Assembly (NCBI GenBank): GCA_965279525.1
Contig: CBDIIB010000005.1
Coordinates: forward strand, 1,664,001 to 1,728,000
Reading direction: 5' to 3'
Length of the DNA stretch: 64,000 nucleotides
From: Tagaea sp.
Lineage (GTDB): Bacteria; Pseudomonadota; Alphaproteobacteria; CACIAM-22H2
A model generated the notes under the pieces. The model was not told the origin of the DNA, did not search any database, and was given only the letters and a program-made list of their open reading frames with translations. Position numbers and translations under genes: made by a program. Positions 31,008-39,463 of this stretch are shown here, piece by piece. Within the stretch, counting starts at the first letter, position 1. Every line of letters begins with the position of its first letter.

Positions 31008-31922
31008 ATGCGCCGTCGCCTGCCACCGCTGAATTCGCTGCGCGTCTTCGAGACCGTCGCGCGCCATCTGTCCGTCACCAAGGCGGCCGACGAGCTGTCG
31101 GTGACGCCGGCTGCCGTCAGCCACCAGATCAAGACGATCGAGGACCATCTCGGGCTGCCGCTGTTCCAGCGCAACAAGGGCAACCTGCTGCTGACCGACG
31201 CGGGCCAGGCGATCCTGCCCGGCATCCGGGGTGCCTTCGAGCAGCTGGCCGCCGCGATCGAGGAGATCGACAATCTGGGCGACGCCGGCGTACTGACGAT
31301 CAGCGTGGCGCCGTCTTTCGCCGCCAAATGGCTGCTGCCGCGCCTCGACCGGTTCCAGGCGAAATATCCCGAGATCGACGTGCGCGTGGCGGCGTCGATG
31401 TCGCTCGCCGACTTCCATTCCGACGGCGTCGATCTCGCGATCCGCTACGGCGCCGGCCGCTATCCCGACCTGCATGTCGAGCGCCTGCTCGACGAGGCGG
31501 TCTTCCCGGTGTGCAGCCCGGCGCTGCTGAAGGGTGCGGTCCCGCTCGACACGCCGGCGGCGCTGAAGAGCCAGACGCTGCTGCACGACGACAGCCCCGA
31601 CGACGATCCGTCCTGCCCGACCTGGTCGATGTGGCTGAAGGCGGCAGGTGTCGCCGACGTCGACGGTTCGCGCGGGCCGAAATTCAACCAGTCGAGCCTC
31701 GTGGTCGAGGCGGCTGTGCTCGGGCGCGGCGTGGCGCTGGGCAAGTCGCTGCTTGCCGCGGCCGATCTTGCCGCCGGCCGGCTGGTCAAGCCGTTCGGCG
31801 ATGCCGTGTCGGTCGATTTCGCCTATTTCATCGTCTGCCCGGAAGCCAAGCTCGCGTTGCGCAAGGTCGCGCTGTTCTGCGACTGGCTGCGCGGCGAGGC
31901 CGCCGGCAACCCCTCACCCTAA
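31008..31922 (+). CDS. LysR-type transcriptional regulator, GcvA-like
   Basis: MRRRLPPLNSLRVFE.VARHLS.TKAADELSVTPAAVSHQIK, SFAAKWLLPRL, VDLAIRYG. Confidence 0.93.
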   Translation: MRRRLPPLNSLRVFETVARHLSVTKAADELSVTPAAVSHQIKTIEDHLGLPLFQRNKGNLLLTDAGQAILPGIRGAFEQLAAAIEEIDNLGDAGVLTISVAPSFAAKWLLPRLDRFQAKYPEIDVRVAASMSLADFHSDGVDLAIRYGAGRYPDLHVERLLDEAVFPVCSPALLKGAVPLDTPAALKSQTLLHDDSPDDDPSCPTWSMWLKAAGVADVDGSRGPKFNQSSLVVEAAVLGRGVALGKSLLAAADLAAGRLVKPFGDAVSVDFAYFIVCPEAKLALRKVALFCDWLRGEAAGNPSP

Positions 31923-32002
31923 CCCTCTCCCCGGAGGGGAGAGGGGAAACTCGGCAGGTGCGGCTCCCTCTCCCGCCTGCGGGAGAGGGCGGGGGGTGAG
32001 GG
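31911..32002. repeat. REP/RIME-like palindromic element
   Basis: Outer CCCTCACCC...GGGTGAGGG enclosing hairpins CCCTCTCCCC-GGA-GGGGAGAGGG and CCCTCTCCCGC-CT-GCGGGAGAGGG, between convergent genes. Confidence 0.8.
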
Positions 32003-32004
32003 CG

Positions 32005-32361
32005 TCAGAACTCGACCCGGCCGCCTTCGAGGAAGATCGTCAGCAGCGCTTCGACTTCCTTGTCGGCCGGCGTGCGCAGGTCCCAGGTGCCCGCGACATG
32101 GCCTTCGGTCGTGCGCACGATCGTGCCGCGCCCGCGCACCTCGACCGAACCCTTTTCGCTGCGGATGCCGAGCACGATGTCGAACGGCGTGCCGGCCGGC
32201 GACCATGGCTTTACGGCCTTCGCGCGCCAGCCGTTGCGGCTCCAGTCGACGATCTCGTAGCCCTCGCCGTCGACAAGCAGGGTGCCGCGCAGGACTCCGA
32301 AGCGGGTCTGGCGCCGTTTTTCGTCTGATGTTCCGTCGGTCATGCTGCTTGAATCCGCCAT
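32005..32361 (-). CDS. PilZ-like domain protein
   Basis: KRRQTRF (RxxxR) and DWSRNG (DxSxxG) c-di-GMP motifs in a single ~110-aa domain; start may be 32343. Confidence 0.68.
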   Translation of the reverse strand: MADSSSMTDGTSDEKRRQTRFGVLRGTLLVDGEGYEIVDWSRNGWRAKAVKPWSPAGTPFDIVLGIRSEKGSVEVRGRGTIVRTTEGHVAGTWDLRTPADKEVEALLTIFLEGGRVEF

Positions 32362-32413
32362 TCTGAAGGTGGCGCAAACCTAGCCGATCCGCGCGCCGGG
32401 GAAAAGCGGCGCG

Positions 32414-33127
32414 CTATTCGACGTCGACTTGCGCAAGCCGTGTGGCGACCGTGTAGCGGAACGTGCCCAGCGGCCGGCCGCGATTGCCCAACTCCGGCAC
32501 CAGGCGTGCGAGCGTGGCCTGCACTTCGTCGCCGCTGCCGGGCAGCGGGGCGAGGGCCAGCTGGAATCGCGCCCCGCCGGCAGAAAAGGCGAGCGAACCG
32601 TCTTGTGCCGCCTCGCTCCCCGGTCCGATCAGGCCGGCAAGATCGATTCCGGGGGCCGCCAAGACGGCGCGTGCAAGTGCCGGCAGCACCGGCTCGAGCA
32701 TGCCCATGGGGGCGCGGCGGGCGAATTCGGCCGCCGCATCTGCCGGCCGCATGTCCGAGATCCGCCCCGTCGTCTCGCCGACGAGCCGCAGCCGGCAGAT
32801 CGCCCGCCCGCCGCCGTCGGCCCGCCGCAGTTCGATGGTCCGCGTGGTTGCCGGTGCGAACCCGGCTTCGGTCGCCGGAGCGGCGAAGGTCGCGCGATAA
32901 CGCGCGCGGCCGATCTGCAGGCGGCGCGGGCTCCCGGACAGTTCCATGCCGTCGACCCGCCAGGCCGGCCCGCCGGCAAGGCGTGAATGGACGCGGTCGA
33001 GATCGACATCGGCCTCGAAATTCGCGCGGATCGCGTCGGCGAGCGTCGCGCACGGCCCGACGGCCGCGAAGGCAGGACCGGCAGACATCAGGACGGCGAA
33101 CAGGACGAAAGGCGTGCCGTGTTTCAC
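32414..33127 (-). CDS. Hypothetical exported protein
   Basis: C-terminal part of ORF 32414..33604; GTG overlapping the methyltransferase stop (GTGA); signal-peptide-like MKHGTPFVLFAVLMSAGPAFA. Confidence 0.6.
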   Translation of the reverse strand: MKHGTPFVLFAVLMSAGPAFAAVGPCATLADAIRANFEADVDLDRVHSRLAGGPAWRVDGMELSGSPRRLQIGRARYRATFAAPATEAGFAPATTRTIELRRADGGGRAICRLRLVGETTGRISDMRPADAAAEFARRAPMGMLEPVLPALARAVLAAPGIDLAGLIGPGSEAAQDGSLAFSAGGARFQLALAPLPGSGDEVQATLARLVPELGNRGRPLGTFRYTVATRLAQVDVE

Positions 33128-34053
33128 TTCGGCCGGAACCCGCCCGTGATCGCGTGGATCAGGATCGCCGCCGTCGCCGCGACGTTGAGCGACTGGATCT
33201 TGCCGGTCCCCGGCAGGTTCACGACATGCTCGCACACCGCGAGCGTGGCGGGGGCGAGGCCCACCTCTTCGTTGCCCAGCACGAGGCACACGGGCTTGGG
33301 CCCCGTGGCGAGTTTCTGCATGGGCATCGGCGCACCCGTCCCGATGGCCGTGCCGACGACCGTGTAGAACATGCCGAGCTTGCGCAGCACGTCGGGCAGC
33401 CGGTGGATGCGGTAGACGTCGAGCCACACGAGCCCGCCTTCGGAAACGCGATAGGCGGCCTCGGACGGGGCGGCCTGCCCCGGATGATCGGTGATGGCGA
33501 GATGCGTGAGGCCGAAGAACGCGGCCGTGCGCGCGATGGCGCCCAGATTGTGCGGGTTGCCGATGCCGTCGAGCACGATCAGCGGCTGCCAGCGTGACGC
33601 CCACACGCGCGCCTCGCCCACGTCGAACGGCTTGGCCGGGCGAGGGCTGGTTTCTGCGATGATCCCGCCCGTCAGCGGCGTGCCGGCGATCTTGGCCAGC
33701 GCCTCGGCCGGCACGATGCGGTGCGCGATGTTGCGTTGCGTGGCCTCGCGCAGCAGGGCCGATGCGGCCTGCGCCATGTCGGGGGCGACGATCAGCCGTT
33801 CGACCGATTCCGGTGCGCGCGCGAACAAGGCTTCGACCGCCGGCAGGCCGGCGATGCGCAGGATGTCGCGCCGGTGGCGGCCGTCATGCACGCGCGCGTC
33901 CTGCTGGCGCGCATCTTGCGGACGCCCGCGATTGGGGCCCTCGCGCAGCGGGGCTTCGTCGCGGTTCGGCTGGTCGGACCGGCGATCGGGGGCCCTCGGA
34001 TGGGCCGGGCGGCGGCCCGGGCGCTTGGGCCTGTGCGGGGGCGGGCGGTTCAT
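33124..34053 (-). CDS. TrmH/SpoU family RNA methyltransferase
   Basis: LDGIGNPHNLGAIARTAAFFG, VLGNEEVGL, SLNVAATAAIL. Confidence 0.92.
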   Translation of the reverse strand: MNRPPPHRPKRPGRRPAHPRAPDRRSDQPNRDEAPLREGPNRGRPQDARQQDARVHDGRHRRDILRIAGLPAVEALFARAPESVERLIVAPDMAQAASALLREATQRNIAHRIVPAEALAKIAGTPLTGGIIAETSPRPAKPFDVGEARVWASRWQPLIVLDGIGNPHNLGAIARTAAFFGLTHLAITDHPGQAAPSEAAYRVSEGGLVWLDVYRIHRLPDVLRKLGMFYTVVGTAIGTGAPMPMQKLATGPKPVCLVLGNEEVGLAPATLAVCEHVVNLPGTGKIQSLNVAATAAILIHAITGGFRPK

Positions 34054-34178
34054 GGCACCGTCCTAGCGCGGAACCGGGACCGTGCGCTACGGGCCTGTCG
34101 TTGCATTGCAGCAGGGATAGCCGTATTTTCCGCGTCCCCTTGGCGCGACTTGGCACCCGAACGGACGGAACGACGAAT

Positions 34179-36068
34179 ATGGACGCGAAACCGGCTCCCG
34201 ACCTCGACCGCATGCGGCATTCGTGCTCGCACGTGCTCGCGGCCGCCGTACTGAAGCTCTTCCCCGACGCGAAGCTGGGCGTGGGCCCGGCGACCGACAC
34301 GGGCTTCTACTACGACATCGAGACGGCCGTGCCGCTGACGACCGAGGACCTGCCGAAGATCGAAGCCGAGATGCGCAAGATCCGCGAGCGCAAGCTGCCG
34401 CTCGTGCGCACCGAAGTGCCGATCGCCGACGCCGTCGCGTTCATGGAGAAGACGGGCCAGACCTACAAGGTCGAACTCCTCGGCCTGCTGGCCACGCGCG
34501 GCTCGACGGCCGCCAAGGGTCTCGAAGACCCCAACCTCGTCGAGGCGGGCGCTTCGGGCGTGACGAGCGTATCGTTCTATGCGCTCGGCGATTTCACCGA
34601 TCTCTGCCGCGGACCGCATGTGGAGCACACGGGCCAGGTGGGTGCGTTCAAGCTCACGAAGCTTGCCGGCGCCTATTGGCGCGGCGATTCGCGCAATCCG
34701 CAGCTCACGCGCGTCTACGGCACCTGCTGGGCCAACGAGCAGGACCTGAAGGCGTATCTCCACCGCGTGGAAGAAGCCGAGAAGCGCGACCATCGCAAGC
34801 TCGGCGCGGCGATGGGCCTGTTCCACCTTCAGGAGGAAGCGCCGGGCACGGTCTTCTGGCACCCGAAGGGCTGGACGCTGTTCCGCACGGTCGAGCGCTA
34901 CATGCGTTCGCGCCTGGAAGCCGACGGCTATGTCGAGGTCAAGACGCCCCAGCTGGTGGACCGCGTGTTCTGGGAGAAATCAGGCCACTGGGCCAACTAC
35001 CGCGACGCGATGTTCATCGCCCGGCCCGGCAAGGAAGGCGAGGAGGAAGACCGTCTCTACGCCATCAAGCCGATGAACTGCCCGGGGGCCGTGCAGATCT
35101 TCCGCGTGGGCCAGCGCAGCTATCGCGAGTTGCCGCTGCGCATGGCCGAGTTCGGTGCCTGCCACCGCTACGAGCCGTCGGGCGCCTTGCACGGCATCAT
35201 GCGCGTGCGCGCCTTCACGCAGGACGACGCGCACATCTTCTGCACCGAGGATCAGGTGCCGGCGGAATCGCAGAAATTCTGCGACCTGCTGCGCGTCATC
35301 TACAAGGATTTCGGCTTTGCCGATCTGGTCGTGAAATTCTCCGACCGGCCCGAGCAGCGCGCCGGATCGGACGAGACGTGGGACAAGGCGGAAACCGCAC
35401 TCGAAAAGGGCGCCGAGGCCGCCGGCCTCGCGACGGTGCGCAATCCGGGCGAGGGGGCGTTCTACGGCCCCAAGCTCGAATTCGTGCTGCGCGACGCCAT
35501 CGGGCGCGACTGGCAGTGCGGCACGCTGCAGGTCGATTTCGTGCTGCCCGAACGTCTCGACGCCGCCTATATCGGCGAGGACGGCAACAAGCATCGTCCG
35601 GTGATGCTGCATCGCGCGATCCTGGGATCGTTCGAGCGCTTCATCGGCATCCTGATCGAGAACTATGCCGGCCGCCTGCCGACCTGGCTGTCGCCGATCC
35701 AGGTCCGCATGGTGCCGATCGCCGACCGGCACGTCGATTTCGCGCGCGACGTGGCGCGTCGCCTGATGGGCTCGGAGTTGCCGCAGACCGACGGCGGCAT
35801 CCGCGTGGATGTCGACGACACGACCGAGCGCATGCAGAAGAAGATCCGCAACGCCCAGCTCGAGCAGATCCCCTACATGCTCGTCGTCGGCGACAAGGAA
35901 GCCGAGATGGGCAAGGTCGCGGTGCGTCTGCGCTCGGGGCGCGATCTCGGGACCATGGCGGTCGAGGACGTGGTCGCGCGCATCCGGGCGGAAGTCGCCA
36001 CGCGGGCCGACATCGTCGACCCGCCGGCACCCGTTCAGCAGGCGCCGAACCAGGCGAAAGCGCCGTAG
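34179..36068 (+). CDS. thrS: Threonine--tRNA ligase (no N-terminal TGS domain)
   Basis: RHSCSHVLA, DLCRGPHV, KRDHRKLG, KPMNCP, RVRAFTQDDAH, GAFYGPK, HRAILGSFERF; start at MDAKPAP. Confidence 0.97.
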   Translation: MDAKPAPDLDRMRHSCSHVLAAAVLKLFPDAKLGVGPATDTGFYYDIETAVPLTTEDLPKIEAEMRKIRERKLPLVRTEVPIADAVAFMEKTGQTYKVELLGLLATRGSTAAKGLEDPNLVEAGASGVTSVSFYALGDFTDLCRGPHVEHTGQVGAFKLTKLAGAYWRGDSRNPQLTRVYGTCWANEQDLKAYLHRVEEAEKRDHRKLGAAMGLFHLQEEAPGTVFWHPKGWTLFRTVERYMRSRLEADGYVEVKTPQLVDRVFWEKSGHWANYRDAMFIARPGKEGEEEDRLYAIKPMNCPGAVQIFRVGQRSYRELPLRMAEFGACHRYEPSGALHGIMRVRAFTQDDAHIFCTEDQVPAESQKFCDLLRVIYKDFGFADLVVKFSDRPEQRAGSDETWDKAETALEKGAEAAGLATVRNPGEGAFYGPKLEFVLRDAIGRDWQCGTLQVDFVLPERLDAAYIGEDGNKHRPVMLHRAILGSFERFIGILIENYAGRLPTWLSPIQVRMVPIADRHVDFARDVARRLMGSELPQTDGGIRVDVDDTTERMQKKIRNAQLEQIPYMLVVGDKEAEMGKVAVRLRSGRDLGTMAVEDVVARIRAEVATRADIVDPPAPVQQAPNQAKAP

Positions 36069-36229
36069 CACGCGTCGAACAGCCCGTTGAGGACCGCGAA
36101 CACGATCAGGTCCAGCACGAGCAGGGCGACGATCAGCGGCACGCCGACGCGCCACGCGAGCAGCGGGATCAGCCGCCATGTCGGCCGCGGGGCGGCGATG
36201 CGCTGTCCGTGCACGGGCTCGTCTTTCAT
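36035..36229 (-). CDS. Small hypothetical membrane protein (64 aa)
   Basis: ATGA-coupled to the upstream GNAT gene; hydrophobic VPLIVALLVLDLIVFAVL, CYG motif; 3' end overlaps thrS by 34 nt. Confidence 0.6.
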   Translation of the reverse strand: MKDEPVHGQRIAAPRPTWRLIPLLAWRVGVPLIVALLVLDLIVFAVLNGLFDACYGAFAWFGAC

Positions 36230-37131
36230 AGATAGGTTCCTGCAAGCGTGCGGGGGACTGCTCCGGTGCCGAGCTTGAAGCGCGCGAGGCCCGGGCTGCG
36301 GTCGGTGTCGATCGTGCCCAGATCCACCTTGCGCACGCCGGCTTCCTTCAGCGCCGTCAGCCCGCGCCACAGCACGAGATTGGCGGCATTGCGCTTGCGC
36401 CCTTCGTCGGTCGCGGCGGCGACGTAGTAGCTGGCATCCGGTCCGTGGCGCACGAAGAGCGCGCCCGCGACCGGCTCGTTACCATCCAGCGCCACGACGG
36501 CAAGCGTGGCGCGCGGCGATTTCAGGCCGGCGATCCGTGCCACGAAATCGCGCGACGGACCTTCGAAGCCCTTCGTCGCGTGCACGTCCTCGTAGCGTGC
36601 GACGACCCAGTCGATCCACTTGCCCTGCTGCGCCGTCTCGACACGAAGGCCCCCGCGCTCGGCGGCGGCAAGCCGGTTGCGCCATTTCTGGTGCAGCCCT
36701 GCACGCAAGGCGGCCTCGTCGCCGGCCGCAAGATCGAGGATCGCGCAGCTGTGGCCGGTATAGACGCGTGCACGCCCCAGCCAGCGCGCCGCGTTGGCCG
36801 GCGTCGCCGCGATCTCGGGGGCGATGAAGCTCAGACGCGCGATGCCGCGCGGGATCGCCGCCAGCAAAGCCGCGGCACCGGCATCGCCGGCGCCCAATGG
36901 AACCGGACCGCGTAGCGCCAGCCACAGCTCGGCGAAACCGAGCCAGCGCCGTCCGACAAGCTGGAGCGCTGCGCATACATTGTCAGGATCCGTCGCGAGC
37001 AGCCGCAACACGGGGCGACCCTGCCAGCGCACCGCGAGGCCATAGTCCCAGTCCTGCTGGAGCGGCCAGAAATCCGCCTGCCGTGCGGCGTTCTCCCAGG
37101 ACCGGCGATCGGGCTCGACAACGATCTGCAT
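36226..37131 (-). CDS. FemAB/FemX-like GNAT acyltransferase
   Basis: LQQDWDYG, LRGPV, LRAGLHQKWRNRL, ANLVLW, DLG....PGLARFKLGTG; AAGGA SD before MQIVVE. Confidence 0.85.
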   Translation of the reverse strand: MQIVVEPDRRSWENAARQADFWPLQQDWDYGLAVRWQGRPVLRLLATDPDNVCAALQLVGRRWLGFAELWLALRGPVPLGAGDAGAAALLAAIPRGIARLSFIAPEIAATPANAARWLGRARVYTGHSCAILDLAAGDEAALRAGLHQKWRNRLAAAERGGLRVETAQQGKWIDWVVARYEDVHATKGFEGPSRDFVARIAGLKSPRATLAVVALDGNEPVAGALFVRHGPDASYYVAAATDEGRKRNAANLVLWRGLTALKEAGVRKVDLGTIDTDRSPGLARFKLGTGAVPRTLAGTYL

Positions 37132-37177
37132 GCCGTTCCTTTTCGGACGCGGCCGGGACAAGGTCAAGCATAGAACA

Positions 37178-37226
37178 CGATAGTATGCTATCGAAGATCG
37201 CTATCGTTCCATTAATTGCACGTAAA
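37178..37226. promoter_or_regulatory. Operator-like palindrome plus CtrA-like box
   Basis: CGATAG-TATG-CTATCG (37178-37193), extra CTATCG at 37201, TTAA-N7-TAAA (37212-37226). Confidence 0.45.
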
Positions 37227-37276
37227 GATTTGGCCGCTAGGCTCGCCCGTGAGCTCGACAAGCGACGGAGCATGCC

Positions 37277-38269
37277 TTGGCCGAACCTGCGCACGACGAA
37301 GCCGGCGCCGACGCCCTGATGAAGGCGCCGCCGCGCACGGCCGTGGCCCCGCGCCGCTTCGAGTTCGTCCACAAGGTCTTCCAGGTCGAGAACGGCCTGT
37401 TCCAGCCCGATCCTTCGAGCGACGAACCGGTCTACAGCGTCGATCTGGGCGACTTGCGCGCCAACCTTTCCTTTCCCACGCTGCGCGTCTCGTTCGACAT
37501 CGACCCGGACAGCGCCGACTCCCGCCTGCTCGACGAGGTCGCCAAGGCGCTCACGTTCGTCAAGCGCATCCGGCCCGGCGACACGATCCCCAGCGAACTG
37601 CTCGACGGCTCGGCATCCTGGTCGGTCACGCCGCAGTTCCGCGCGATCGCCAAGGGCCGCGTGTGGGTCGGTCTCGTCGCGTGGCTGTCGGGCCAGCGCG
37701 GCGGGCGCGACATCAGCATGATCGAGCTTGCCAAGGTGTCGGAATCGAACGAGGCGAAAGACCACGTGAACATGGCTTTCGGCCGGCTCGCCGAGCATCT
37801 GGGCTACGGGGCCGCCAACAAGGAGATGGTCATCCGGAAGGTCGAGCGGCTGGTCGACGAGCTTTCCTACATCGAGGCGCTGCGCGAGCGCGTCGGGCGC
37901 GCGCGGCGCGTCGTCGAGATCGTCAAGCGGATGCGCAACACCTACAAGCGCGAGAAAAGCGTGCGCGAGGAGATCGAGCGCATCGTGCTGCTGATCGAAC
38001 GGCCGGTCGCCAAGCTCGAGGCGCAGATCACCGAAGTCGACGCCCAGGCCGGCGAGACGTCGAACGCGTTGCGCAACCTGCTGCAGCAGATCGGGTTCAT
38101 CCGCAAGACGCGCGACCGCCTGCATGCCGACCTGATGAAGTGGGACGACATCCTTGCGGCCTGGCAGGACATGGATGCCGAACCCTCGCCGCGCGCGCAA
38201 AAGCTCATCCGCAATACGTACCGCTTCGTCGCAAGATATTTTCCCGCCGAGTCCGAGTGGGTGCGTTGA
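37277..38269 (+). CDS. Protein of unknown function, paralogue 1 of 3
   Basis: 330 aa, TTG start with GGAG SD; colinear with 38373..39362 and 39464..40456 (HKVF, PVYSVDLGD, PSELLDGSASW, ELSYIEALRER, MKWD, YRFVARYFP). Confidence 0.9.
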   Translation: MAEPAHDEAGADALMKAPPRTAVAPRRFEFVHKVFQVENGLFQPDPSSDEPVYSVDLGDLRANLSFPTLRVSFDIDPDSADSRLLDEVAKALTFVKRIRPGDTIPSELLDGSASWSVTPQFRAIAKGRVWVGLVAWLSGQRGGRDISMIELAKVSESNEAKDHVNMAFGRLAEHLGYGAANKEMVIRKVERLVDELSYIEALRERVGRARRVVEIVKRMRNTYKREKSVREEIERIVLLIERPVAKLEAQITEVDAQAGETSNALRNLLQQIGFIRKTRDRLHADLMKWDDILAAWQDMDAEPSPRAQKLIRNTYRFVARYFPAESEWVR

Positions 38270-38297
38270 CGGTTTCGGGAAATCTTGCCGGCATTCG

Positions 38298-38312
38298 TTA
38301 ATCGCCCGGTAA
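38298..38312 (+). promoter_or_regulatory. CtrA-like box
   Basis: TTAA-TCGCCCG-GTAA, one mismatch to TTAA-N7-TTAA, in the spacer before paralogue 2. Confidence 0.4.
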
Positions 38313-38372
38313 GCTCTGCAGCTATAACGTGTTCACAGTCCGTTGGCCGACACCGGTCGATCGGAGGAACGC

Positions 38373-39362
38373 GTGACAGATACCCTGCCGAAAGCACCAC
38401 CTGCCGATCCGTTGAGCGAAGCCCCGCGCGAGGCGTCGCCGCCCCAGCGGTTCGATTTCGCGAACAAGGTCTTCCATGTCGAGAGCGGCGCCTTCCTGAT
38501 CGACGCCACGACCGACGAACCCGTCTATACCGTCGACCTGGGCGACGTGCGCGCCACGCTCACCTTCGCCACGCTGCGCTCGTCGTTCGGCATCGAGAAG
38601 GAACATCCGGACTCGAAACTGCTGGATGAGGTGAAGCGCGCACTTGTCTTCGTGCGCCGCGTGCGCAACGGGGATTCGATGCCGAGCGAGCTGCTCGACG
38701 GTTCGGCGTCGTGGAAGGTCGAAGAACGCCATCGCGTGGTCGCGCGCGGGCGCGTGTGGACCGGGCTCGTGGCGTGGATCTCGGGGGGCAAGTCGGCCGG
38801 CGGCGTCAGCATCGACGAATTCGCGACGATCGCAAACTCCGTCGAGACGCGCACGCGCGTGCAGGCCGCGTTCGGCCAGCTTGCCGACGCACTCGGCTAT
38901 CCGCCGGCGCGGCGCGGCGACGTCGTCGACCAGATCGAGCGGCTGATCGACGAGCTCTCGTTTCTCGAGGCGTTGCGCGAGCGCGTGGGATTGGCCCGGC
39001 GCATCGTCGAGACGCTGCGTGCCTACCGTGTCGCGCTCAAGCGCGAGAAGACCCTCGCCGAGGAGGTCGAGCGCACGATGCTGCTGGCCGAGCGCCCGGT
39101 CGTCGAGCACGAGAAACGGTTGGCGAAGATCGACGCGCAGTCCACGCATGTGCTCGAGATGCTGCGCCGGCTGGCGAATCAGATCGTCCTGATCCGCCAG
39201 ACGCGCGATGCGCTGCATGCCGGGATGATGAAGTGGGATCCGATGCTGGAGGCGTGGGCCGACGCCCCGCCGCAGCCCGGGCCGAACTGTCACCTGTTGA
39301 TCCGCGATACCTACCGGTTCGCGGCCCGGCACTTCCCGGTCCAGCAGGCTTGGAAACGCTGA
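38373..39362 (+). CDS. Protein of unknown function, paralogue 2 of 3 (most divergent)
   Basis: GTG start at 38373 with GGAGG SD; same motifs as paralogues 1 and 3. Confidence 0.9.
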   Translation: MTDTLPKAPPADPLSEAPREASPPQRFDFANKVFHVESGAFLIDATTDEPVYTVDLGDVRATLTFATLRSSFGIEKEHPDSKLLDEVKRALVFVRRVRNGDSMPSELLDGSASWKVEERHRVVARGRVWTGLVAWISGGKSAGGVSIDEFATIANSVETRTRVQAAFGQLADALGYPPARRGDVVDQIERLIDELSFLEALRERVGLARRIVETLRAYRVALKREKTLAEEVERTMLLAERPVVEHEKRLAKIDAQSTHVLEMLRRLANQIVLIRQTRDALHAGMMKWDPMLEAWADAPPQPGPNCHLLIRDTYRFAARHFPVQQAWKR

Positions 39363-39463
39363 TCCGGATGCCGGATTGGCGGTGGCGGCCATAGCAATGT
39401 AGGATGGAGACAATCTAGTGAAATCAGCCCGCCTCGACCGAACGTGCCCACGCGGAGTGCCGA

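Noticed and set aside
38255-38269. C-terminal SEWVR of the paralogues as a CheR/CheB-tethering pentapeptide
   Set aside because: Does not match the x-W/F-x-x-F/W pattern and the proteins lack chemoreceptor signalling motifs
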